Positions 13,546 through 26,199 of a stretch of DNA of 64,000 nt are shown one piece after another. The notes beneath the pieces are model-generated. The model was not told the origin of the DNA. It saw nothing but the letters and a program-made list of their open reading frames with translations, and ran no database searches. Numbering within the stretch: position 1 is the first letter of the stretch; each line of letters begins with the position of its first letter. The position numbers were made by a program, and so were the translations under genes. Where the stretch lies: NCBI GenBank assembly GCA_012295275.1, contig CM022670.1:12028001-12092000 (forward strand). Direction: 5' to 3'. The DNA comes from Chrysomallon squamiferum (taxonomy: Eukaryota > Animalia > Mollusca).

Positions 13546-14343
13546 TTATTGTTTTTTATCTTTTAATGACTGTTCCTCTTCGTAAAGTTTATTTCGAACC
13601 TCTGTAATAATTTCTCCCAGCAGATTCTTTCCTTTCCATTTACTACGGTCTCTGGCTTCAGGTGCCTTCTCACTCAGACCAATGCCCCAGATTCTGTCAC
13701 GAGGATTACATTCCACAAAATGTTTGGGGTACGTTTCAAGTAATATTTTCTTTAGATGTGGATTTTGCAAAAACTGAAATCAAATACAGAAACAAAGAAA
13801 TATAACAGAAGTGATATACAAAAATAATAATAACGCATAATAATACTAATACTAAATCTGTATATAAAATACAAGTTCAAAAGTACTTAATTATAATCTG
13901 ATAAACATTAATATTATATATATATATATATATATAAAAACACAATTTTAAATTTATTAAATATTACATTATATTGGTTTGCTGGATACATTATTTTCTA
14001 TAAAAATACTCTGATTTATATTTTTTGATGGTCAGTTGTATTGTGAATCAGTATTTGTTCTGTTTAGCTGTGCGTTTATATGAATTATTAATAATTAAAA
14101 AAGACTGTCTAATTTGTAAAATCTATAACCTTTTCTTCAGTTGCACGTTTTACAATATTCCGAGCTTTTTCCCTCCAAATCTTCACATCAAAGTTTTTAA
14201 CTTTTCTTCCGAGACGTTTTTGAATTACTGGACTTGTAGCTTTAAGAATGCTTTGTTTCATTTTTTCATCATGGAATGTAACTGTAATTAGTTATCATAA
14301 TGTATTATGTACATGTGTTTGTTGTGTGTGCATGTGCATATAA

Positions 14344-14382
<39 letters not shown>

Positions 14383-15248
14383 TTTAATAATAATAAATAA
14401 ATAAATAAATAAAATAATAAATTGAAAAAAAAAAAAAAATAATAATTGTAAAAAATATCTCGTTTGTACATCTATAAAACATTACTCCAACTATATTGTT
14501 CATTAATCTGTAAGTTCAGTTTTCATCTAGTTAAGTTTGCCAAACAAATGTTAAAAATATTTAAATAAATATGAAGTAAGGAGAAAATAAAGTAAAAATA
14601 ACACAGCCTCAATTATTGTTACCAGGGCCTGATTTCTCATATAGGCTTTCTAGGCTGGTGCCTAGGGCAACAGTTTATGTTATATCAATTCATATTTTCA
14701 CATTTAATTTATAAATAAATCATTATGTAAATGTAAAACCATGTTTTTGTTTTCAACTAGGTCATAAGTTATAACCATTCATATTATATAAACTAAGTGG
14801 GAAGGGTGAGGGGGACTTGAGCCTTGAGGAAAGGGCAGTAAAATTTCTTTAGCCTTGGGCGGCAAGCATATTAAATCGAACCCTGATTGTTACTTTAACT
14901 GTAACGTCATGTGAAATTAAAAGAAGTAATTGACGATTTACCTGCTTTCATGTACATCATGTATTGCTCAGCACAATTAAACGTGATGCCGTCGATTTCA
15001 AATTTAGCTAGATGATGCTGACTGAAAGGCGATTCTTTACCAAAAAATAAAATATATTTTTGTTTAACTTCAGATTTTGAATGATGGTGGTTTCGTTTAC
15101 CATCATGTTTTGATTCGTTTGCGATCTCGGATTTGATAAGTGATGTCGATTTCCGATTTTGGTTTCGGTTTCCATTCGTATTCTGATTATGACCCATCAA
15201 GTTATTTTCCATTATCTCACAGTTTCTGTTTTCTGTTAGTGAATCCAT
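13546..15248 (-). CDS. NADAR/YbiA-family N-glycosidase gene 1 (single domain, 3 exons, 228 aa)
   Basis: Exons 15248-14942, 14281-14130 and 13773-13546 have GT-AG introns and join in frame. Translation: FFGKESPFSQ..FNCAEQYMMYMKAVTFHD..LGRKVKNFD..W..KFLQNPHLKKILLET..VECNPRDRIWGIG..WKGKNLLGEIITEVRNKL, which contains the NADAR signature motifs. Confidence 0.92.
14623..14885. mobile_element. hAT-type MITE in intron 1 of NADAR gene 1
   Basis: Imperfect TIRs CAGGGCCTGATTT / AAATCGAACCCTG, with a perfect 8-bp TSD ATTGTTAC (14615-14622 and 14886-14893). Paralogous introns show the empty site. Confidence 0.9.
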
Positions 15249-15468
15249 GCTTCGGTTATTCAAAATATATGCGATAAAAACACTGAGGTGACAATGTATT
15301 GAGTGTTACAATCCGTAACTTCCTTACTTTTGTTATTATCATTGTTGAGGACCACTTTGTTGAATGTGGCAGAGATAACTCCAATTGATGTGTTTTCAAC
15401 GCTGTCAAATATCACAACCGACTGAGTCTCCTAATGTAGTCATCTTTGGTTATACTTTAAAGATATTA

Positions 15469-15525
<57 letters not shown>

Positions 15526-16480
15526 CTCCCTTGATTCTCTAATGTTTCTTCTGGTGTAAGAATAATAATTCAGCTATCAGACCACAGAGTACGATGTGAA
15601 CTTATTTATGTTTTTTATACCATACTTTGTTACAAACCATATTTGTTGGCTTAAAAAAGTAAAGTAATATCTCGCAGGTTTAAAGATTTTATTAAATTTG
15701 TTTATTGTTATTATTATATATTTTTTTCGCTCCCATCAAGTTCACTTTAATATTTGTTGCCAGTCATTTTATTCTTTATCGTGTAAAATATACTATTGTT
15801 ATCATTATTGCTGTTTTTTTATTGATTTCTTTGTTAATGTTGTTAATGTTATTACTATTGACGTTGTTGTTGTTGTTATTATTATTATTATATAAACATG
15901 CACACATGAATCTATACTGAAATCAACTTATGCTCTTTTTTCTCCCTTTTTCCACTTGTTTCCTACAGTTTACCATTGTGCTTCATCTTCTTTTTTTCTT
16001 TATTAGTGAAATGAGATTTCATAAAACTTATTGTCAAACTGACTGTGTAAGTTAATATCATTAGCCATGTTTCTCTAATTCAGACATTTTTAGTCAACCT
16101 TGTTATTTTTGTCTCTGATTCAGACAGATTAACACATAATGGGAGATTTTACCAGCAAATCAGGCATGGCAGAGAAACAAGCTTCAGATTACTGTTAAAC
16201 CTCCCATCATGTACTAACAATGATTAATAAAAAACATCTAACACTGAAATACATGTAAGTGATTTATTTAAACCTCATTGCAGTTTGCAAGAGATTTGTT
16301 TTAGTTTATGACAGACAGAAACATATTAAATTGAGCAGACAAATATAATTAAATCCTGAGTTTTTACTGAAATTATGTCATAGTATAACTTTGGGAAAAC
16401 AAGCTATGTCAATACTAAAACTAAAATATAGTTATATATATTAAGACATTCTAACAGGACAAATCCATGATCAGCTGGAA

Positions 16481-16596
16481 GTTACATTCAATTTAATTTT
16501 TGGATAAATCGATGTTACATTCAATTTAGTCTTAGGATAAGTCAATGTTACATTCAGTTTAGTTTTAGGATAGTTGATGTTATATTCAGTTAAGTT
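16481..16596. repeat. ~29-bp minisatellite (GTTACATTCAGTTTAGTTTTAGGATAAGTCAAT-like), ~4 copies
   Basis: About 3 copies at ~27892-27978 and a single copy at ~13156, all downstream of NADAR genes. Confidence 0.7.
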
Positions 16597-16941
16597 TTTC
16601 ATTTGAAACCATGTATATGCAGACAACTGTTATGGTTCAAATAAAAGAAAGACAAACTGTTATTTTTCACTGAATAAATATGATTAATAATATGAGTACC
16701 TTTAATAAAACAATGAACATATATGTACAATGATCAACTATCAGCTGGTTGTTCTAAAGTTTAGATTTTATCACTATATCTAAACCAGCATTCAATCATC
16801 TCACTAAATGCTTTTTAAAACCACAAAAAAACAACTGCAAAATAAAGTGAAAATCCTACAACAGTGTTAGATCTTTTATATCTATTATCCTGACACGGGC
16901 TTATGTAAAACACAGGATTAAGCTCAAAAACAGTTTTGACA

Positions 16942-17738
16942 TCATTTGCAAATCTCAGACGTCTTATCATTCAGTGGCTGTTCCTCAAGATAAAGTTTAT
17001 TTCGAACCTCTGTAATAATTTCTCCCAGCAGATTCTTTCCTTTCCATTTCCTACGGTCTATGGCTTCAGGTGCCTTCTCACTCAGACCAATGCCCCATAT
17101 TCTGTCACGAGGATTACATTCCACAAAATGTTTGGGGTACGTTTCAAGTAATATTTTCTTTAGATGTGGATTTTGTAAAAACTGAAATCAAGTACAGAAA
17201 GAAAAAACATTTTAATGCCTGAAAAGAGAAGTGATATATGAGAATAATAAAAAATTAAAGTAAAATAATAGTAATAATATATCTGTATATAAAATGGAAG
17301 TTCAAAAGAATTTAATTACATCTGATAAACATTAATGTTAATATATATATATATATATATATATTAAATTTATTAAATATCACATTATATTGGTTTGCTG
17401 GATTTTAATTTCTATAAAAATACGCAGTTTTATATTTTTGACGGTCTGTTGTATTGTAAATATGTATTTGTGCTATGTTTATTTGTGTGTGTTTACATGA
17501 ATTATTAATAATTAAAAAAGACTGTTTAATTTATAAAATCTACAACCTTTTCTTCAGTTGCACGTTTTACAACGTCCGGAGCTTTTTCCATCCAAATATC
17601 CACATCAAAGTTTCTAACTTGTCTTCCAAGACGTTTCTGAATTCCTGGTTCAGAAGCTTCGAGAATTTCTTGTTTTATTTCTTCGTCATGGAATGTAACT
17701 GCAATGAACTATCATAATGTATTATGTGCGTTTGTGTG

Positions 17739-17784
<46 letters not shown>

Positions 17785-20700
17785 TAAATAAATAAAATAA
17801 AATAAAATAAAATAAAATAAACAATAATAAAATCAAATCTGGTAGGTCTGTCTATAAAAATCTATAAGCTAGATTTTCATCTGGTTAAGCTTGTCATACA
17901 AATGTCAGATATGAATAAATACAATGTAAGCAAAAAATAAAGTAAAAAATAACATTTCTGCAACTAAATATAACACAGTAACAGTGATTGTTACATTAAC
18001 TGTAACGTTATGTGATACGGGCCGGTTCAGCAATGCAGTTATTTCGAGTTATGTCCCTTGATTTCTTGTTAGATGCCGCTGCGCTTCCGGGTAGTAAAAA
18101 CCAGATCGGCTAGTGCGAAAAACACAGCACGACGAAGCAAACTTTTATCAACAAAACATACTCTAACTACCCGCGACATAAGCCCGTTGACACGTCGATA
18201 ACTGACCAGAATCTCTCCACTCCTTACTGACTGATTGCAGAGCCAGAGGTAGGATTTCATTACGAAACAATTAAATTATTTATCCAACATACTCTGTATG
18301 TAAACAAACTCAAACAGTTACAAACTAACAAAGGGCTTTAACTTTACCCAGCGTGTCGGATGTGGTCACCTTGTCCTGTTACCTGTGGCACAGGTATAAG
18401 ATCCGCTCCAAATTGCCATATAATATTAGAAAGTTAAATGTAATAGTTAAAGGAACTAAACATTACTATAATACTTTCCTCAATTCGTCTTTCTTAAAAT
18501 CGGCATACAATTTAAAATGGTAATGCCAGACAAGTCGGTTCCGGGGACAACTCGGCCCAGAATCCAATGCCGCACAGGGACAATCTTGTCTATTGTTGGA
18601 CAAGTGTTGTTTTTTAAATTAAAGTATTCTCACCGAAAAAAAAAAAAAAAAAAAGTGTTTTTGTTAGTATTGAATTAGTTCCACCTTGACCTAAACGTCC
18701 CGAACCGAAGTGTCATGTCCGATTGATAAATTTCTGGCACACAACAGTACTTCTTACCCATCCTGTGAAAAAATATATATGTGGCAATATCGAGTTTTAT
18801 CTTTATATAATGGTATTTTATAACATTTGTAATGTTTTCTGTAACTAATTAAATTATTGTTATTTACAGGTAATCATTGTATGCATGATATGTTTTTAAT
18901 GTTTAGTATATCTAATTAATCCAATGTCTCATTCAGGTATTTCTGAAAATGATAGGTGCTACTTTAATTTAATTATTTACTTATAATATTGCTTCTTTAT
19001 TTCAGTCAGCTTGTTAACTGGTGATATGTTGATTAAAACGCAAGCATGAATCTAACTATAGCACTTGCATTCTGTAGCTGAGTCTGTCCTTAGTTCTAAA
19101 CTTTCAAGCTTGGGTCTAGTGTAAGCTGGTATTCTACCTTAGTGTTTCTGTCCAGCTTCTAATTATATAATCTTTAGCATATAATATTATCACTATTGCT
19201 GTGATTTTGTATTCTTAGAGAATTTCTAAGGTTAGTTATTTGTTGTATTCATGTTTCTTATTTAGAGTATTTATTTACAGGCAGATACTAAATGTAAATT
19301 AATGTTGTGGATTAAATCAGTACATTATAATATAATGTATTAATACATAAAATAACTCTCCTACAACTATATTTATCTAAAGTAATCAAATGACAGGTGA
19401 AGTATAAGTTCTAATGTCTAAATGGTAAAGTAATTAATATTATGATTTCTTGTAACTAAATTCTAAGCGGTTTTAACGTTAAATTAATTGTGTGATAGTT
19501 AACTGGGAGTAAGATGTTTGTACAGTTTGCATTCTCGGAAGAGACAGTTTATTTTATGCTATGACCAGTATTGCTATTAATATAATTATGGACTTTGGAT
19601 TATAGTGTTTGTACAATACTTAGTGCGTTCTATTATTTTATTTAGATCGCTATTGTTGAATGCGTGTGTTGGTTACCGGCCAGCTGTTTAATATTAGTAA
19701 CACAAACTTGGTTGTACATGATTTTGTAGCTAGCTATATGTTTATAATTTAATGACGTTGTGATGTATATGAATATGTTAAACGTTAGTAATGAATGTAT
19801 TAGGAAAATATGGACTGTATAACTGCACGAAGGAATAACATATGGTATTATGTCATATATACTGTTTGACAGGAACCATACATTAGCGATATGTGGCAAG
19901 ATAGATATGTTTAATTAATTATGACAGTCTAGGGAATCTATACGTATGCATTTGTTATTGTGATGTCATATTTTGCAGCCTTGTTGTATTTAAATTTATT
20001 GATTTGATTGTTTCAGGGTTTTAAACATACATTGTGTGTGATGTCAAATAAAAAGCCATTGTCCTGAAACTACAGCTGTTTGTCGTATTTTTGAAAAGAA
20101 ACTCAAATACAGTTACATATATTATAAATCTTAAACACAACACACAGATATATAATACATGTACATAAGAATAATCAAACTGTATGACTGGTACAACATC
20201 CCATTCCGATTTCAGTAACATGTTTTTAACAACTTTAATTACATTTACTTAAGCTAATAGTAACATAGATAGTCCAAGATCTGGTCACAGTCTACATTTC
20301 ATTGTTTTCGTAGCGCTGCTATAACCAGAAGGTAATTAATCACACAGTATCATGCAGCATCCAAGTGGATGTTTACCTTCCTGCTCCCTGGATCGTAAAG
20401 GTTGCACTTGGACTAAGTCAAATGGTTTAGGGTCAAGAGTTCGAGGTGGAAAATCATAAGGAGTTACTACAACTGCAGCTCTGATTGGTGGTTATAGGTG
20501 ACAGTGACTATTAACTTTTGTGCAAAGCAAGCGGTACCACCCGGAAGTGAGGAGGATTCGCGGAAATATGTTTTACATTGCGGAACCGGCCCAATGTTAA
20601 AAGTAAATAAATACAAAGTAACTAACTATAACACAGTAACAATGACTGTTCCATTAACTGTAATCTCATGCAAAACAAAAAGAAGTCATAGACGACTTAC

Positions 20701-21007
20701 CTGCTTTCATGTACATCATGTATTGCTCAGCACAATTAAACGTGATGCCGTCGATTTCAAATTCAGCTGGATAATGCTGACTGAAAGGCGATTCTTTATG
20801 AAAAAATAAAATATATTCTTCTTTAAATTCAGATTTTGAATGATCCTGGTTTCGTTTACGATCATGTTTTGGTTCGTCTGCGAAATCCGATTTTCTACGC
20901 GATGTCGGTTTCTGATTTTGGTTTCGGTTTCCGTGCTTATAGTGATTATGAAATATCCAGGTATTTTCCGTTTTCTCACTGTTTGTGTACCCTGTTACTG
21001 GATCCAT
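16942..21007 (-). CDS. NADAR gene 2 (single domain; 2.6 kb TIR element in intron 1)
   Basis: Exons 21007-20701, 17698-17547 and 17181-16942, GT-AG, same phases as gene 1. A small deletion near the stop alters the C-terminal tail. Confidence 0.87.
18019..20592. mobile_element. Non-autonomous TIR DNA element (PIF/Harbinger-like termini), long copy
   Basis: 17-bp TIRs GGGCCGGTTCAGCAATG / CATTGCGGAACCGGCCC (1 mismatch). No transposase ORF and no matching TSD, so the superfamily is tentative. Confidence 0.75.
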
Positions 21008-22030
21008 GCTTCGGTTATTCGGAATATATGTCATAAAATAAAATGAAATCAAGCCATTAAGGCGACAATGTACAGAATGTTGGAATCCTTAACTTCTTGA
21101 CTTTTCTTATTGTTGTTGAGCATTGCACAACTCCGTGGCATATGGAAGAAAGATAACTCCAGTTGAAGTGTTTTGCAACGTTGTCAACATATCACAACCG
21201 ACTGAGTCGCCTAATTTGATCATCTTTGTTTATGCAAGGAAACACTCATACTCCAAAGATATTAATTTTTAAAATTATTTATAATTATTATTATTATTAT
21301 TTACTTTATCTTCCTCGATTCCATAATGTTTCTTCAGGTGTTGTGTGAAAAACAATTCGGGTATCAGACCACAGAGGTCACGATGTCAACTCATTTATAA
21401 GAGTTTTGTTTTTATACCTTTTCATTGTATGTTACAAACCATATTTGTTGGCTCAAAAATAAAAGTAATATCTTGTAGGTTTAAAAAATTTTATTAAATT
21501 TTTTATTGTTATTATTATTAGTTTTTTTTCACTTCAATCAAGTACACTTTAATACTTCTTGCCAGTCATTTTATTCTTTGTAACGTAAAATATACTACTG
21601 TTATTATTTTGTTCTTGTTGGTTTTGTTGATTTCTTTATTAATTCTATTACTGTTATTACAATGTTATTGTTATTATTATTACTTTTATTCAAACACACA
21701 CACATGATTACTTATATTAAAACATTCTAACAGGATTTTCATATCTGTTTCAGACAACTCTTATAGTTCAAATAAAAGAAAGACAAACAGTTATTTTTCA
21801 CTGAATAAATATGATCAACAATATCAGTAACATTAATAAAACAATGAACATATATGTACAATGATCAATTATCAGCTGGTTGTTCTAAAGTTTAGATTTT
21901 ATCACTATATCTAAACCAGCATTCAATCATCTCTCACAGAATGCTTTTTAAAACAAGAAAAAACAACTGTAAAATAAAGTGAAAATCCTACAACAGTGTT
22001 GGATCTTTTATATCTATTATCCTGACACGG

Positions 22031-22102
22031 GCTTATGTAAAACACAGGGTTATGTAAAACACAGGATTATGTAAAACACAGGATTATGTAAAACACAGGA
22101 TT
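22031..22102. repeat. ~17-18-bp tandem repeat TTATGTAAAACACAGGA x4
   Basis: One copy downstream of genes 2 and 4, two downstream of gene 5, four downstream of gene 3. Confidence 0.8.
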
Positions 22103-22146
22103 AAGCTCAAAAACAGTTTTGACATAAGTTGCAAATCTCAGACGTC

Positions 22147-22430
22147 TTATTGCTTTTTATCATTCAGTGCCTGTTCCTCAAGATAAAGTTTATTTCGAAC
22201 CTCTGTAATAATTTTTCCCAGCAGATTCTTTCCTTTCCATTTACTAGGGTCTTTGGCTTCAGGTGCCTTCATTTTCAGACCAATACCCCAAATCGTGTCA
22301 TATGGATTGCATTCCACAAAGATTTTGGGGTACGTTTCAAGTAATCTTTTCTTTAGATGTGGATTTTGTGAAAACTGAAATCAAATACAGAAAGAAAGAA
22401 ATATTTGAATTCCTAATAAAAATGAAACAA

Positions 22431-22487
<57 letters not shown>

Positions 22488-23536
22488 CTGTATATAAAAT
22501 AAAAAATCAAAAGTTTTGAATTACATCTGATAAAGATAAATGTTATTATATATGTAAAACGCAAATTTATTACATTATATTGATTTGCTGGATCCATTAT
22601 TTTTCTGTAAAAATACAGTGAAACCTCGGGTTACGAACGCCTCGAATCACGAACAAGTCGGATTACGAACTGTGATTTCGGGCAATTTTTGTCTCGGTTT
22701 ACGAATAATGTCCCGAGTTACGAACTACAGCGACGCTCGACGACAAGCTTTCTTTTGACGTCGGTTTTGACGTCAACATCTAGCAAAGATAAGAACAAAT
22801 GCTTACGTTAAACACGAGGTGAAATAAAGGATTATAGGCAGCCCTATTGCAAATATATATCTTGAATTAGGACTTGCAGTTGCAGCTCAATAGCTTTTGC
22901 ACTGAAATTGTGCGCAACCATTTTTTGAAGTATTGCTGCTTTTATGTGTATGTTTTTCATTATACCCTATCCAATATGGCACTCTAGAAAACAAAAAGGG
23001 AAAGCGATAATGCTGGTGGAAAGTATAAACGTATCACAGTAAAGGTTAAGAAAGAAATAATTGCAAAACATGAGAGTGGCGTTCGTGTCTCTGACATCGC
23101 TTCGGTTTACGTACAATTTGGTTTACGAACCGAATTCTGGAACGAATTAAGTTCGTAACCTGAGGTTCCACCGTACTTTGTTTTATATTTTTGATGGTCA
23201 CTGTTGTATTATAAATATATAGTCGAGCTATGTTTAGTTGTGTGTTTATAGGAATTATTAATAATTTAAAAAGACTGTTTAATTTGTAAAATCTACAACC
23301 TTTTCTTCAGTTGCACGCTTTACAACATCCCAAGCTTTTTCCATCCAAATGTCCTCATTGAAGTTTCTAACTTTACTTCCAAGACGTGTTTGACTTCTTG
23401 GTTTAGTAACCTTAAGAATTTCTTGTTTGATTTCTTCATCATGGAATGTAACTGTAATTAGTCATCGTAATGAATTATGTAAATGTGTATGTTGTATGTA
23501 TATGTGCATGTGTTTATATCTATATATATATCTATA

Positions 23537-23593
<57 letters not shown>

Positions 23594-24395
23594 TAAAAAA
23601 ATATAAATAAAGAGATAAATTATAATAGATTTCTTTTCTTCCTTTCTATTATAAAAACAATAATATATAGCTATAAAACACTACTCCGCCTATACAATCA
23701 AATAGCTTGTAACATCGATTTTCATGTGATTAAGTTTGCCGTACAGTCATCAAAAAAAAGAAAACAAGAAAAAAACAACCCAAAAAAAAAAAAACCCAAA
23801 GAATAATAATAATAATAAAAAATAAAAATAAATAAAAATAAATAAATAAATAACTAAAATAATAATAATACAAAGTAAGGAGAAAGTGAAGTAAAAATAA
23901 CATTTTTAGAATTAAGTATAACACAATAACAACGATTGTTACATTAACTGTAATGCCATGATAAAGTAAAAGAAGTAATAAACGATTTACCTGCTTTCAT
24001 GTACATCATATATTGCTCAAGCACAATTAAATTTGATGCCGTTGATTTCAAATTCAGCTGGATGATGCTGACTGAAAGGCGATTGTTTACCAAAAAACAA
24101 AATATATTCTTCTTTAACTTCAGATTTTTCACATTTTGTGTCCTCTTCATAAAGTTTATTTCGAACCTCTGTAATAATTTCTCCCAGCAGATTCTTTCCT
24201 TTCCATTTACTAGGGTCTTTGGCTTCAGGTGCCGTCATTTTCAGACCAATTCCCCAAATCGTGTCGTATGGATTACATTCCACAAAATTTTGGGGTACGT
24301 TTCAAGTAATCTTTTCTTTAGTTGTGGATTTTGTGAAAACTGAAATCAAATACAGAAAGAAAGAAATATTTCAATTCCTAATAAAAATGAAACAA

Positions 24396-24446
<51 letters not shown>

Positions 24447-26199
24447 CTGTATATAAAATGAAAAATCAAAAGTTTTGAATTACATCTGATAAAGATAAAT
24501 GTTATTATATATGTAAAACGCAAATTTATTACATTATATTGATTTGCTGGATCCTTTTTTTTCTGTAAAAATACAGTGAAACCTCGGGTTACGAACGCCT
24601 CGAAACACGAACAAGTCGGATTACGAACTGTGATTTCGGGCAATTTTTGTCTCGGTTTACGAATAATGTCCCGAGTTACGAACTACAGCGACGCTCGACG
24701 ACAAGCTTTCTTTTGACGTCGGTTTTGACGTCAACATCTAGTAAAGATAAGAACAAATGCTTACGTTAAACACGAGGTGAAATAAAGGATTATAGGCATG
24801 CCCTATTGCAAATATATATCTTGAATTAGGACTTGCAGTTGCAGCTCAATAGCTTTTGCACTGAAATTATGCGCTCGCATTTTTTGAAGTATTGGTGCTT
24901 TTATGTGTATGTTTTTCATTATATCCTATCCAATATGGCTAGAAAACAAAAAGTGAAAGCGATAATTCTGGTGGAAAGTATAAACGTATCACAGTAAAGG
25001 TTAAGAAAGAAATAATTGCAAAACACGAGAGATGTTCGTGTGTCTGATATCGCTTCGGTTTACGTACAATTTGGTTTACGAACCGAATTCTGGAACGAAT
25101 TAAGTTCGTAACCTGAGGTTCCACCGTACTTTGTTTTATATTTTTGATGGTCACTGTTGTATTATAAATATATAGTTGTGCTATGTTTAGTTGTGTGTTT
25201 ATAGGAATTATTAATATTTAAAAAGACTGTTTAATTTGTAAAATCTACAACCTTTTCTTCAGTTGCACGCTTTACAACATCCCAGACTTTTCCCATCCAA
25301 ATGTCCTCATTGACGTTTCTAACTTTTCTTCCAAGACTTGTTTGATTTCTTGGTTTAGTAGCCTTAAGAATTTCTTGTTTGATTTCTTCATCATGGAATG
25401 TAACTGTAATTAGTCATCGTAATGCATTATGTAAATGTGTGTGTTGTATGTATATGTGCATGTGTTTATATATATATATATATATACATATAATAAAAAA
25501 AATATAAATAAAGAGATAAATTATAATAGATTTCTTCTTTTCTTCCTAATATAAAACAATAAAAAAAAAAAAAAAAAAAAAATTGGACTTCTATAGCTAT
25601 AAAACACTACTCCGCCTATACAATCAAATAGTTTGTAACATCGATTTTCATGTGATTAAGTTTGCCATACAGTCATCAAAAAAAGAACCCAAAAACTAAA
25701 AGAATAATAATAATAATAAAAAATATAAAATAAATAAAAATAAATAAATAAATAACTAAAATAATAATAATACAAAGTAAGGAGAAAGTGAAGTAAAAAT
25801 CACATTTTTAGAATTATGTATAACACAATAACAACGATTGTTACATTAACAGTAATGCCATGATAAAGTAAAACTAGTAATAGACAACTTACCTGCTTTC
25901 ATGTACATCACATATTGCCAAGCACAATTAAATTTGATGCCATCGATTTCAAATTCAGCTGGATGATTCTGACTGAAAGGCGATTGCTTACCAAAAAATA
26001 AAATATATTCTTCTTTAACTTCAGATTTTAAATAATTCTGGTTTTGTTTAGGATGATGTTTTGATTTGTCTGCGATCTCTGACTTATTATGTGATGTCGG
26101 TTTCTGATCTGAGTTTCGGTTTCTGTTCGTATAGTGATTGTAATCCATCGACTTATTTTCCTTTATCTCACGGTTTGTGTTTTCTGTTACTGAATCCAT
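22147..26199 (-). CDS. NADAR gene 3 (two tandem domains; middle fused exon carries two 1-bp indels as assembled)
   Basis: Exons 26199-25893, 25403-25252, 24339-23991 (fused last+first exon), 23451-23300 and 22374-22147. There is a -1 indel near 24287 and a +1 indel near 24019, so this is either a pseudogene or a consensus error. Confidence 0.78.
22616..23173 (+). mobile_element. Tigger/pogo (Tc1-mariner) deletion derivative, copy 1
   Basis: TA TSD and ~23-bp TIRs CAGTGAAACCTCGGGTTACGAAC / GTTCGTAACCTGAGGTTCCACCG. An internal remnant KRITVKVKKEIIAKHESGVRVSDIA resembles the N-terminal HTH of Tigger/CENP-B-type transposases. Confidence 0.88.
24574..25126 (+). mobile_element. Tigger/pogo deletion derivative, copy 2
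   Basis: Near-identical to 22616-23173, at the same intron position in the adjacent domain unit, with a TA TSD. Confidence 0.88.

Noticed and set aside
18069-20221. ORFs inside the TIR element as a transposase
   Set aside because: Short, with no DDE or Myb/SANT-like motifs visible.
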